A DNA stretch of 63,363 nt, counting the filler, from Reclinomonas americana ATCC 50394 (lineage: Eukaryota), in the NCBI GenBank assembly GCA_048213135.1. It is 16 parts of 16 records of this genome, joined end to end, with 100 filler letters (N's around TTAATTAATTAA, not from the genome) between each part and the next. Parts side by side here need not be neighbours in the genome. Positions count along the whole stretch, not along the records: positions 38,307 to 42,554 come from AFZH01021311.1; positions 42,655 to 54,164 come from AFZH01021312.1; 14 more parts are not named here. The stretch is one strand, 5' to 3'. The translations under genes and the position numbers were made by a program. Below, in pieces: positions 38,393 through 50,471 of this stretch. The notes beneath the pieces were generated by a model. That model saw only the letters and a program-made list of their open reading frames with translations. It ran no database searches and was not told the origin of the DNA. The number at the start of each line of letters is the position of its first letter. The stretch's first letter is position 1.

Positions 38393-41300
38393 GATCACCA
38401 GCGTGTGTTGGAGTCCCAACAACCGCCGCCTGGCCGTTGCTGACTCACAGCTGCTGGTGTCGCTGTACGATGAGCAAGGCGAGCGACGAGACAAGTTTCC
38501 CACCAAACCCGCAGAAGCTGGAGTTGCGCGATCACTTTGTCTCTCTCTCTCACGCACGCTCGCTTTTGTGCTGATCCATCGACGACGACGCAGGGCTCAA
38601 GAACTATGTGATTCGTGGCATGTCGTTCTCGCCGGACTCGTCCAAGCTGGCGGTGGCGCAGAGCGACAACATTGTGTATGTGTACAAGCTGGGGGTGGAG
38701 TGGGGCGAGAAGAAGAAGATTTGCAACAAGTTTGGCCAGCCGTGCCCCGTCACGTGTGTGGTGTGGCCGTCGGATCGGCCCACGGAGGTGGTGTTTGGGT
38801 GCGCCGATGGCAAGGTCAAGATGGGTCAGCTGCGCAACAACAAGACGGCGCCGTTGTATGCCACCGAGTCGTATGTGGTGTCGCTGTGCGCCAGCCCCGA
38901 TGGCAAGAGCATTCTGTCGGGCCACTTGGACGGATCCATCTATCGCTTTGCGTTTGACGACTCAGGATACGATGTCGTCCATGTTGCGTTTCTCACACAG
39001 TCTCTGTCGCTCTCTCTCTCTCTCCCTCTCCCTCTCCCTCTCCTCTTCTCTCCTTCTGCCTCTCCTCTCCTCTCCTTCTGCCTCTCCTCTCCTCTCCTTC
39101 TGCCTCTCCTCTCCTCTCCTTCTCCTTCTCCTCTCCTCTCCTCTCCTTCTGCCTCTCCTTCTGCCTCTCCTCTCCTCTCCTCTTCTCTTCTCTTCTCTTC
39201 TCTCCTCTCCTCTCTCTCTCTCCTCTCCCCCTGCACTCGTCCCCTCTTCGCACTCACACGCCAGTGCGAGCAGGAAAAGCTCATTCATCACCCATCGGTG
39301 CCGTACGCGCTGGCATGGGGCGAGGAGATCTTGGTGGGCGGCCCCGACTGCCGCATCGTCTTTTACGGCATGGACGGACAAGACAAGCAAAAGTACGACT
39401 TTTCGCGTGATGCCAGCGAGAAGGAGTTCACGTGCGCCACCTTCAACCCGTCCGGCAAGACCGCTGTGGTCGGCTCGTACGATCGCATCCACATTTTCAA
39501 TCGCAACTCGCGACGCAAGGTGTGTTTGCACAGGGAGAAGGGAGTGCTCTTGTTTCTTTCACGGGTGCTGATCGTCGTTGCCTCTCAAAGGTGTGGGAGG
39601 ACGGCGGTGTGCGACACATCCCCAACTACTACACGGTGACGGCGCTGGCGTGGAAGCAGGACGGCTCGAAGCTGTGTGTGGGCTCCTTGTGCGGAGCCGT
39701 CGATCTGTGGGACACGTGCTTGCGACGACAAAAGTACAAGGGCAAGTTCGAGTTCACCTACGTGTCGCCGTCGCAGGTGTGTGTGTGTGTCTTTTGACCT
39801 GTGTGCTGCAGCGATGTAATCTGACACCGGCTTCACCCCATTTGCAGGTGATAGTAAAGCGCATCAGCACGGGCGTGCGCATCGTGCTGGAGAGCAACTT
39901 CTCGTTCGAGATCACCAAGGTCGACGTGTTCAAGGACAAGTACGTGGTGGCTCGCACCACCGACACGCTGCTGGTGGCCAACTACGACACATTGTCGCTG
40001 AGTGAGGTGGCCTGGAGCGGAAGCGGCAACGAGACCTTCCACTTTGACAACCCCTCCGTGTGCATCGTCTTCAACGCCGGCGAGCTCACGCTGATCGAGT
40101 ACGGCAAGAATGTCATTCTCGGCTCGTGCCGCACCGACTACATCTCTCCCCACTTGATCAGTGTGCGCATCATTGATCAGAAGGTCAGTCGCCCTTTTCT
40201 CTCTTTCCCTCCCTTTTTCCCTCTGTAGCTTACACGCCGTGCAACAGGAATTCGGCTTTGGGCCCGAGGCACGCGCGGAGACCAAGGTCATTGCGTTCCT
40301 CATCGATCGCACCACCATCCGCATCATTGATTTGGTGTCGGCATTCACCGCCGCCACCATTCACCACGACGCCAAGATCGACTGGTTGGAGTTGTCGCCG
40401 CGCGGCACCAAGCTGGTGTTCCGCGACAAGGAGCGCAAGCTGCACCTGTTCGACATTGCGACGCAGCAAAAGACGACCCTGCTCAACTTTTGCTCGTACT
40501 GCCAGTGGGTGCCGGGCTCCGACGTGATTGTGGCGCAGAACCGCAACGACCTGTGCGTGTGGTACAATGCGGAGAAGCCCGACAACGTGACCACGTTGCC
40601 GATGAAGGGCGACGTGACGGAGATTGTGCGCGTCAATGGTCAGACGTTGGTGGTGATTGACGATGGTCTCACCACGGAGCCGCGTATCGAGCTCTCCGAG
40701 GCCATGATTGAGTTTGGCTCGGCGCTCGAGTACGAGGAGTACGAACGGTGTGTGTGCATGCTTGCTTGAGTCCTGACCTGTCGTCTTCTGCGACTCACCA
40801 TTTGCGTCGTCGCAGTGCCGCCGAGATTCTCGAAAACTACCCACCATCGGCCGAGACCGACGCCATGTGGGAGCAGCTGGCGCAAGCGGCGTTGCGGACG
40901 CAGCGGCTGGTGATTGCTGAACGCTGCTACGCTGCACTGGGCAACGTCGCGCGTGCCCGGTACTTGCACCGTGTCAACAAGCAAGTGGAGTACGCCGCCA
41001 AGCAATTTGGTGGTGCGTTCATCTTACATCTTCGACTGTTCTGCCATTTTCCATGTGCTCACAACTGTGTTCTCTCCTAACCAGGTGACGGCACCGATTA
41101 CTTTGACGTGCGCGCCAAGCTGCTGCAGCTGGTCAAGGACTTTGAGAAGGCCGCCGACATTTACATTGAGCATGTGCGTGCATCCATAATTGCGCTGTCT
41201 GCTTGCCCCTCGACTGACTGTCTTCCTCTGCAGGGTCAAGTGGAGGAGGCCATGGCCATGTACGAGGAGCTGCACCGGTTCGACATGAGCATCCTCATTG

Positions 41301-43040
41301 CTGAGCGATGCCATCATGCCGAGGCTGCCACGCTCCGCGAAAACTACTACGGCTGGCTGCTGGAGACGAAGCAGGAGGAGAAGGCTGGTGAGTGTGTCAG
41401 TCGGCCACTTGCATGTGCATCGCCGATTCCTGACAATGTGTGAATGCGCGCGCTCAGCCGAGCTCAAGGAACAAGAGGGCCAATACGTGCAGGCCATCAA
41501 CCTGTATCTGCAAGGCGGTCTGCCGGGCAAGGCCGCCCTTGTGGTGCACCAGAACCCGCATCTGTCGCAAAACACGGGTCTCATGGAGACCATTGCGTCG
41601 TCGCTGTTCAAGGCGCAAATGTTTGAAAAGGTTTGTTTCTTGTCTTCATTCGCTGAGAAGCGCGCTCACTTTGCTGACACCCTGGCGACGCACAGGCTGG
41701 TGACTTTTTCGAGAAGCTGGGCCTCTACGAGCGCGCTCTGGATGCCTACCGCCGCGGTCACGCGTACATTCGTGCCGTGGAGTTGGCACGATCACAGTTC
41801 CGCTCCGAGGTGGTGGCACTCGAGGAGGAATGGGGCGACTGGCTGGCGTCGCAGAAGCAGATGGATGCCGCCATCAATCACTACATTGAGGCGGGTGCGT
41901 ACGCCAAGGCCATCGAGGCTGCCATTGAGGCCCGGCTGGTGAGTGGCCATTGCTGCAGTATTGAGCGGGTCAAGTCTGGTGATCTTACTTCATTTTTTTC
42001 GTGGGAAAACAGTGGAACAAGGCCGTGCAGTACATTGACATTCTCGATCTGGAGGTGGCGCAGCCGTTCTATGTGCGCCTGGCCAGACATTTCGAGGAGA
42101 GCCGCATGTTCGAGGAGGCTGAAAAGTACTATGTGCTGGTGTGTGTGCTCGCTCAGCCTCTCGTTTTCTTGCTTGCCTCTGCTCATTCCTGCTCACTCTT
42201 TTCTGGTGTCAGGCCGAGGATGCACAAGAGGCAGTGTCCATGTACATGCGACACGCGCTGTGGAACGATGTGTTCCGTGTGGTTGACAAGTTGCGTCTCA
42301 TTTTGTGCGCCATGCTACTCAGAGTCGAGAGTTGTAACTCACATGTCTTTCTATCCAACAGGCACATGTCGGAGCGCGACGCCAATGACCTGTTCCTCAA
42401 GCAGGGCGAGCAGTTTGAGACGCAGGGCAAGCTGCGCGAGGCGGAGAAGATGTACTTGAAGATTCGCGAGCCCGACCTGGCGATTGCCATGTACAAGAAC
42501 CACAAGCAGGTGCGTCGTCGTTTCGTCAGCGACTCCTGTCCTCCTGTCGTCTCANNNNNNNNNNNNNNNNNNNNNNNNNNNNNNNNNNNNNNNNNNNNTT
42601 AATTAATTAANNNNNNNNNNNNNNNNNNNNNNNNNNNNNNNNNNNNNNNNNNNNTAGGATGAGGAGCGCGAGGAGGCTCGCTCGTGGATTCTGGCGTCGG
42701 CTCTGGACACCGATATTGAGCAATCGCTGCCGACGCGGTCGTGCGGCCAGTGCGGCAACGACGTGTTCACCGGCTCACTGCTGTGCCACAATTGCCACTA
42801 CCACTCCCCGCCGTGCGTCGTCACTGGTGAGTCATTCAGCGAGTGTGATGTGTTGGTGGGTGTGATAATGTCGCCGGGTGCTCACTCTGTGCGCGTGCTG
42901 CAGGCTTCCCCGTGCTGCCCGAAAAGGCCGTCTCGTGTTCCAACTGTGGCCGAGAGGCAAACAAGGACGACTGGAATGCTTTTGTCGACAAGTTCGGTCG
43001 CTGCCCGTGGTGCAGTGCATCACAAGCGCCGCGGTACTGA
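38393..43040 (+). CDS. IFT172: Intraflagellar transport protein 172 (WD40 + TPR-like repeats + C-terminal Cys-rich domain); first exon and a large middle portion fall in gaps
   Basis: [141 protein letters not shown]...ANKDDWN. Confidence 0.97.
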
Positions 43041-43157
43041 GCAAGTGTGTGGCACGCATGACCAGCCGCAACAGAGAGAAAAAAGAAGGATGTGAGAAAG
43101 CGAAGGAGAGAAGAAACGGCAATGTACGTTCTTCCGTCGGTGTTTACAGTTTTTCTG

Positions 43158-43427
43158 ATGGCTGCGTCGAGCTCCAGTCGTGCGCCATACTTGGTCATCA
43201 CTGACACGCTCGCCAACCAGCTGCTTGCACTGCAAGAGCGCAACGAGGAAAGAGGCGACGGCGATGAGCCGGCACGCAAGGTATCGCCGCCGTGCTGCGT
43301 CGAGTTGCACTCATCCTCACCTGTGTTTCGCGATGCAGCGAGTGCGCAGTGCTGGTGACGCAGAGCATGAGCGAGTGGTGGTATGTGTGCGCCAGGACAG
43401 CACCGCGCAGTGGACTCCACAGGTGAG

Positions 43428-43464
<37 letters not shown>

Positions 43465-44870
43465 CGCAAGCACTTGATTTGCATGCAAGTTCACTCACAG
43501 TTATCTTGAACAAGCAGCACGCTGTCGCTGCGCCATACGTATATCACCCGGCGCGCATGTCTTTGTGTCTGCTCGGCGACTCGACACTCGCCACGCGTTA
43601 CATGCGTGCCCGCGACAAGAAGGCGCGCGATCGGAAGAAAGCCCGACAAAAGTGGTCACACTCGACAGCCGCTGCGCCAGCCGCTGCACCGCCACCGCCA
43701 CAGTGCTCTCACGAGTGGCTGGGAGCAGTGGCCGATGCATATGCGAGGTTCCTGGCGTGGCGATCGCTGCTACGCGGAGGTGCCGTGCATGCACAGTCGT
43801 GGCTGTGGGTTGCTGCAATGCCCCTGACCGACTCGGCGCTGATGCTGCGGGTGTTTGTGTTCTTGGAGGAGTCGGATCGTGTGCAGTGTGCGTCAGTGTG
43901 CCGCTGTTGGCACGCCATTCTTCGTGGACACGGGCGTTTGCTCAAGTTTGCGCAGCAGCAGCAGCAGCCGTCGTCGTCATCGTTGATGACACGAGTGTCG
44001 CCACACCTGCCGTCGGCAGCGTACGCATTGTCACATATTGTGGCCTCTGATCTCGCTTCCGTGGCACCAACAGCCACCACCCTGGTTGCCACAAAGGACT
44101 GGAGACATGGGGTGGCGGAAGGTGTCGATGTGCGGCTCGAGATGATAGGCAGTGCTTCGTGGCAGTGTACGAATCGCGCGCCCCACTGTGTGCTGTGGAC
44201 GCCTGGAGGTGGACCGTGGGTGTCGCCAACGCTGCTGCCGCCTCGGTGTGTGGCTCGTGTGGGTGACTTGGTGGCCGACGGTGGTGCGCTGCTGGCCGGT
44301 GAGTATGATTTGGTGCTGATGGACCCGGCGTGGCCGGAGAATCGTAGTGTGACTCGCTCCGGCAGCTACGGCTGCATGGCACTGGAGGATATTGTGCGAC
44401 TGCCGCTCCAACTCGCACCGCACGCCCTCTTGTGTGTGTGGTGCACCAACAGCCCATCGGTGCAGCATGCGGTGCTGCACGACATGTTTGGGAGACTCGG
44501 CGTGCGCCATGTGGCCACCTGGTTGTGGCTGAAGTTGGCACGCAACGGTGAGACGGTCGTGCCACTGGACAGTGACCACCGGCTGCCATACGAACCACTC
44601 TTTATCGCTGCCGGTCCCGCCTGGCGCGATGACGGTGCGACGGCACTGCCTCCGGAGCTGACGATCATGTCGGTGCCGGCACCGAGCCACTCGTGCAAGC
44701 CGTGCTTGAAGCAGCTGCTGGAGAAGCATGCCATGCGACCGGAAGGAGGCCGCGAGCCACTGCGCGCACTGGAGGTGTTTGCGCGCTCGCTCACTGCTGG
44801 GTGGACTTGTGTGGGACTGGAGTGCTTGCATCGCATGACGGTGCCTGGCCCACTGTTGGATCGAATGTGA
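43158..44870 (+). CDS. METTL4: METTL4-like MT-A70 adenine methyltransferase with an embedded F-box-like motif
   Basis: YDLVLMDPAWPENRSV, VWCTN, WLWLK, PYEPL, HSCKP, LEVFARSLTAGWTCVGLE match the METTL4 pattern; two short in-phase 5' exons (43158-43280, 43339-43422) precede a 1.35-kb last exon. Confidence 0.88.
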
Positions 44871-44878
44871 TGTGTGTT

Positions 44879-47800
44879 TTACTTTGCGCCAGTCTTGCGT
44901 CGCTTCTGTGCGGGCGCCACAACCTTCTCCCCGCTGTCATCGCCGTCATCATCATCATCGTCGTCGTCGGAGACAGGCTCCTCCTTGACTGCCGTGCGCT
45001 TGCCAGTGGCGCTTGCCGGTTTTTTCGGGCGCGCTGCTGCCGGCTTCTTGCGCACCAGCGGCTCGTCGTCGGAGCTGTCCTCGCTGCTGCTGCTGCCATC
45101 GCCATCGCTCTCCGCGTCAGCGCGCTGACGGGACTTGGTTGTTTTTGTGGTGGTGGTCTTCGTGGTCGACGCTCCCTTTTTGAAGAACGAGGCCGCGGCT
45201 GATGCGCGTGATTTGCCGGACGACGACCTGCGTTGACTGCATGGGTACCAGAGTGCGTCAATGCGCATGGTGCGACGCAGCAACGTACCCAGCGGCTGCA
45301 CCAACAGCACCACCTGCGGCCTCGTCAATGTCCATGACCTGCACGAACACGTGTTAGCGATTCCGCCTGCTGGTTTGGCGACTGCCAGCACGGTGGGTTT
45401 ACCTCCAGCCCGGCTCCCAAGTACACGTCGAGCTTCGGCAAGCGGTTGATCTTGGCGACGTAGTCCTTGACCTGTGTGTGGGCGCAATGAGTGAGTGGTG
45501 CAGTTGATAAGGAGAATTTAGTGAGGGGAGCACGAAACATTGAACTTGCGCTCGAGACCAGTGGACACCATGTACCGCATCTGTGCCTCAGCGTTGGCGA
45601 TGGAGAGGGGGAAGCACAAGACGACGGTCAACGCGCTCACCTTGCCAAACACTGGTCGCTCGGTCCACGGACGGTCGTGCAAGCCGAATAGCCTGCACAG
45701 ATAGTCAGTGCACCAGTCGGCGAAGCGCGTGCACAATCAATCTCGTCGCAACACACACCAGTTGATGCTGGTGTAGGAGTTGGGATCTGTGCACAGGAGG
45801 AGGGGAATGAGATACAAATGCCACTGCTGCTGCATGATTCGCTGGTGGAGAGACGCACCTCGTCCGTCCAGCTCATACTTGTCGTTCAAGTAGACCAGCG
45901 TGCGGTGCGCGATTTCGTACGTCTGCACGTTTGGTGAGCACCGGGGGTGAGATGGAGAACGTGCGTGAGAAGCACAACGTACCGGCGTCCACTCGATCAC
46001 TACGGTGGTGGAACAGCAGGAACGAATGCGTGGCGTGAGATGGTGAATGAGTGAAAAGCAGTGAGGAGTGCGGCATACCTTTCTTGCCCCAGTACATCTG
46101 TCAGCAGCGGAGTGAGCGATGCACGAGAGTGCAGGTTCACAGAAACAACTCATCGCGCACGCACCCGCATGTAATTGTGCATCTTGCCGCGGACTACCAT
46201 CTCTTTCTGTGCGGCGTTCCAGTACGGATCGTGCGTTTGCGCCAGCTCGAATTGACGCGTGGTGTACAGATGGTCGCGCTGATCGCTGTGAGATTTCAGG
46301 CGCGTGAGCGACAATCGATCTTGGCAACGCGACAGGCGGCAGCACATACCCAGCGTGCTCGGCCATGGTCTTGTGTGCCCATTCGGGCAGGCCAGCCAGC
46401 GATGTGGCGTCCTTGTTGTGGAACACGTAGTTCATGGACAACTTAGAGACAAAAGTTGAGTGAAAGGGGGAGAGAAGAGTCTCTCTCGCGCGATCCACGG
46501 CCTCACCTCACGCCGAATAACCAACTCCTCCTGTAGCAGCATATGCATGTAAAGTCAGACCACTGAGAGAAAGGCAAGAAAGACAAGCGGAGGAAACGCA
46601 ACAATGTACGACTCGACTGCCTCTTTGTGTTGCCGCTTGCACTCGAGCACCTGCGCAACAATGAGACCTCATACACGCCTCGTGCAATTCTTCTTGCCGA
46701 CTCTCTTCCTCACCCGCAGCGCAATGTACACCTGTGGTGTGAGCAGTCAGCAGCTGCAGACAAAGCGCACCAGAAGCGAGGAACGCAACCGGAGATATCT
46801 GGCCGAAATGCAGATACGGGCTCATGTTGGAGGTGTAGTCATTGTGTGGATCACTGCGCTCCGTGTCTGCGTCGAACGAGTGAGGCAAGAACAAGAGACA
46901 ACACAGGTAATGCACTCGCAACATTTGGCCAGCTTGCGAGAAATGAACTGGCGATGTGTATGCCTGTGAGCAAGACGAAAAGACCACCAGCTCCTCTCCA
47001 TGAATCACACCAACCTCGTTGAGATGGCGCTCGGCTTCGGTGAACCCGCCACGGAAAATGTCGATGCGCGGCACCGTGCGATCAATGTCGAGCGACGCCA
47101 GCACGGCATCCATGTCGGACAAGTCGAGCAAATCGTTGCAGTAGGCCTTCAGATCGAGCTCCAGCGATGAGTGCACGAGCGCGTTGGGCACGAGCTCCGT
47201 CAAGAACTCGTTAATGTGGCGATGAATACGCGGGCGAATGGTACGTGCGGCCCACTCTGCACTCGCACACACCACGAGTGAGACGAGAGGACAGAGCACG
47301 CCAGGCAGCGATGGCACACAAAATCGTGCACCGTACCTTGCTTCTCGCTAACAACATCGATCGGCACCACCACATCGCTTTCCACTTGCACGAGCGCACA
47401 GTTGATTCGCTCCGCCACCTGCTCACGCCACTGCCGCTGGATAGGCATGTAGCCACGATCGGTCACCACGAGCGCCGCATCGGCAGCCATCTGGTACACA
47501 ACTCAAGTCACGAAGCGATCGGCTGGAGAGCATGCAAAGAGAATCGCCCAACCTCAATGGCCGCCTCGGGAGGACTCTTGTACTTGCACAACAGCCGCAC
47601 ACCACGCTCACGGAACGCCGTCGTCGCGTCGGCCACGCCCTCCAGCATGAACGCATAGTGACGCAGATTGGCCGACGGATATCGATCCGTCACCTGTTGA
47701 CAACATCAGCGAATGCAAACGCCGTCACTGCTGCTCGTCGGGGTCACGCAACGCCAAACACCGCCACCAGCGGCAATGCAAACTCATTCGCTCGCTCAAT

Positions 47801-48105
47801 GGCATCTGCAGCGCACACAGAGTGAACACACACACACCGATACGATGCGCATGATCGAGTGTGTACGCAACACTCCAGTGCATAGTTGTAACTCGCACGC
47901 GCTGTTCCCTGCATCCAGTACAGCACGTAGCTGTGCGCGTACAAGATCAGCACCTCTCCTTTTGTTGTGTGCGCGCCCGTGAGAGTCTCACTGACCGACG
48001 ATTCGCCACTGCGTCGACACTGCCGCTGCGACCGCCCATCACCGATCGCAGAACTTTGATGCGTTCGCGTTGCACGACGGATCGCGATGACGACGATGCC
48101 GACAT
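44879..48105 (-). CDS. PHR: Class II CPD DNA photolyase with long acidic/basic C-terminal tail
   Basis: YVLYWMQ, NYALEYAIERAN, ANLRHYAFMLEG, SNMSPYLHFGQISP, EELVIRRELSMNY, THDPYWNAAQKEM, GKMHNYMRMYWGKK, YLNDKYELDGRDPNSY, HDRPWTERPVFGKMRYM. Confidence 0.96.
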
Positions 48106-49222
48106 GCTTGCTTGCTCTCTCACACACACACAAAACAATCAAGGCAGTGCTCTTTCAGCTGCGTGCATGCTAGACAGGCGGAGAATTGAAAGCGCGCGGA
48201 GTGGTGACGAAAACTCCATCAGTCAAGTCAGCTTCATTGGATCATGGAATCATTGCCTGTATAATTGCAGTCACGGTGTGAGTGTACGGGATGCAGCATG
48301 CTAGGTGTAAGCGTGTGCTGCCTCGCGTTCACAAAAATCAGAGACTTTAGACTTCGTCACTTGCATTCCGAAAGAGCTAATATCTATTCATCATCTTGTG
48401 CTTGCAGCTTCTCTCTCTCTCTGCATGTGTGTGGAGACCAAACTCACCAGCAGCAAAGTCGTCCTTCCCGAGTCTGCTGGCACGCGGTCGAGTCAGCGCA
48501 TAATGGGGAGCGTGCACGCACAAACACAGATAAAGGAAGAGTGTTTCGTTGTTCAGGTGAAAAGGTTGTGACACACAGAACCACTCGTGAGTGGCCTAGG
48601 CAGTCTAACATGTATTCGACATCACTACAACGAAGGGAGAGGGAGAGACGGAGAGGAAAGGGAGAAAGAGAGTGCGCTCACCTTGGTGCACATGCACATG
48701 CACATGACGTACACGTTGCTGTTTTTCTTCGTCTTCCTTCTTCTCCTGCTTCGTGTGGAGAGGTGGTGCGGCACTGGTTGCAGCGAGTGCGTGCTTGACA
48801 TCTCGCTTGTTGATGACGACATGCATCGTGGTCACAGTCGTCACATCAGTGGTTGCTCTTGCCCATTGGATGCAGAGGTGGTGGCGCGTGCGTCTCACTC
48901 GACCATCATAGTGTGGGTGGGCACGGCAGAGATCACGTGATCTGGGCGCGCAAAGAGTTGCGAGAAAAACAATGTCCTGCAGCACACGAATGACGGACTT
49001 CGACGGCCGGCCACAATTCTCGTGTCTTCAGCGTGGTTGATAGTAAAGCAGTGCTTCGCGCCACACTTTCGTTGTCAAATAATACGCTGAGCATCACTGC
49101 AAGTCCATCGAAATCCAACCAGTTGTCGGCCTTCGACATCTCTGTCGCTGCCATGATTGCAGCTTGTCGTTGTCAAAACAAGGTCCACAAACATTCATTA
49201 CCCAACCCTCCGAAAACCACTT

Positions 49223-50402
49223 TCACTGCAGCAACGGGTACGACGGCACTGCACGGGAGGGAACAGGAGAATGTCAGCATCAAGTCGCCGCACACCATCA
49301 TCACCATTTCCCCGATCACTCACTTGTCAGCACGCCGCACATGTTGACCGACGGGCCACGCGCCAGCCAAATGTAGCCCTCGTTGCCCCAGCCGCTGCCC
49401 CAGCTGTTCTTGACGAGCCAGTACGCCTGTCCCTGGTACGTGTCGTAGCCAATGACCAGCGCGCCGTGGTCCGTGGTGGTCGAGCACGACGTGTCGCTAA
49501 AGACGCCGTGCGAGTAGAACTGGAAGGCCATGGAGGAGGCGTTGACAGCAACGGAGACCGGACCAACGTTGCCGACGGCGTCGACCATCTCGGCATCGTT
49601 ATTCGGCGTCACGTCCTTGTAGCTCTTGACTTGGCCGACCGCAATGGTGCGCGCCGGCAGCGGGTCCCTGCAGGTGTCCTGCTCGGCCTTGTAGCGGTAG
49701 GCCGACTCCGACGCCAGTCCGTTCTTGATCACGTACTGGAAGGCGTAATCCATCTCGCCACCATTGCAGCCATAATTGCCCTCACTCGTGGAGCAATCGA
49801 GCAGCTCCTGCTCCGACAGCGACACCAGCTTGCCCTTGGACTGGATCACCACAGCACCCTCCAGCGCACCAGTGACCGGGTAGGCCCACGAGGAGCCGCA
49901 TTGACCCTGGTTCTTGACGGGGGTCACTGCACCGGACTTGCGCCAATCGCGCGCATCCGGCGCGTCGCCGACCAACTCATGCGCCGAGCGCTCCGTCACT
50001 CCCTCAAAGCCCGCATGCATCGGCAACGGCCGCCGCAAGTGCTGCGCCGCAAACTCGGCCACCGTGAGATCCCCAAAGCGATTCATGCGCAGCGAGAAGG
50101 AGCGGTCGGAGCGCGCATTGTGCGCCCGAATGCCGTCCAAATTCTCCCGAAACACGCTAAACCGCTGCTCTTCCTCCACCGCAGACGCGTACACCTTGCC
50201 CTGCTGCACCTTCCACGCCTCAAACACAGCACGCGCAAGCTCCACAGGCAGCGGCTGCAAAACGGGAAAAAGTGTTGGCCATTTCACTCACGCGCATAGA
50301 CACACACGCGCGCGCACACCCACAGACCTCCACTGTCTCCGCAGTGGCAACAGCCACCAGCAGCAACACCACCAGCGCAGAGATGACGACAAACGCGCGC
50401 AT
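49223..50402 (-). CDS. Papain-family C1A cathepsin-L-like preproprotein with catalytic Cys replaced by Ser (silicatein/testin-like)
   Basis: Signal peptide; ERFNIN-type propeptide EEEQRFSVFRENLDGIRAHN and NRFGD; DWR...VTPVKNQGQCGSSWAY; LSEQELLDCS; GCNGG; DHG; YWLVKNSWG; last exon gives CGVLTMPSYPLLQ*. Confidence 0.95.
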
Positions 50403-50471
50403 GACTAGTGATCAAAGTGCGTCGATGACCGACGAAATTTCACCAGAGATCTCAACGTTCTACTCACAATC

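Noticed and set aside
43515..44870. METTL4 as an intronless retrocopy or horizontal transfer
   Set aside because: Two upstream in-phase exons with GT-AG introns can be joined to it, and composition matches neighbouring genes.
42290..47871. Non-canonical TT...AGN intron ends instead of shifted GT donors
   Set aside because: Sliding the boundary by one base breaks conserved residues (photolyase ALEYAIE becomes ALECAIE) or creates stops; GT-AG fits these cases.
48605..49154. Possible small minus-strand gene starting MAATEMSKADNWLDF
   Set aside because: No confident spliced model or recognisable domain could be built.
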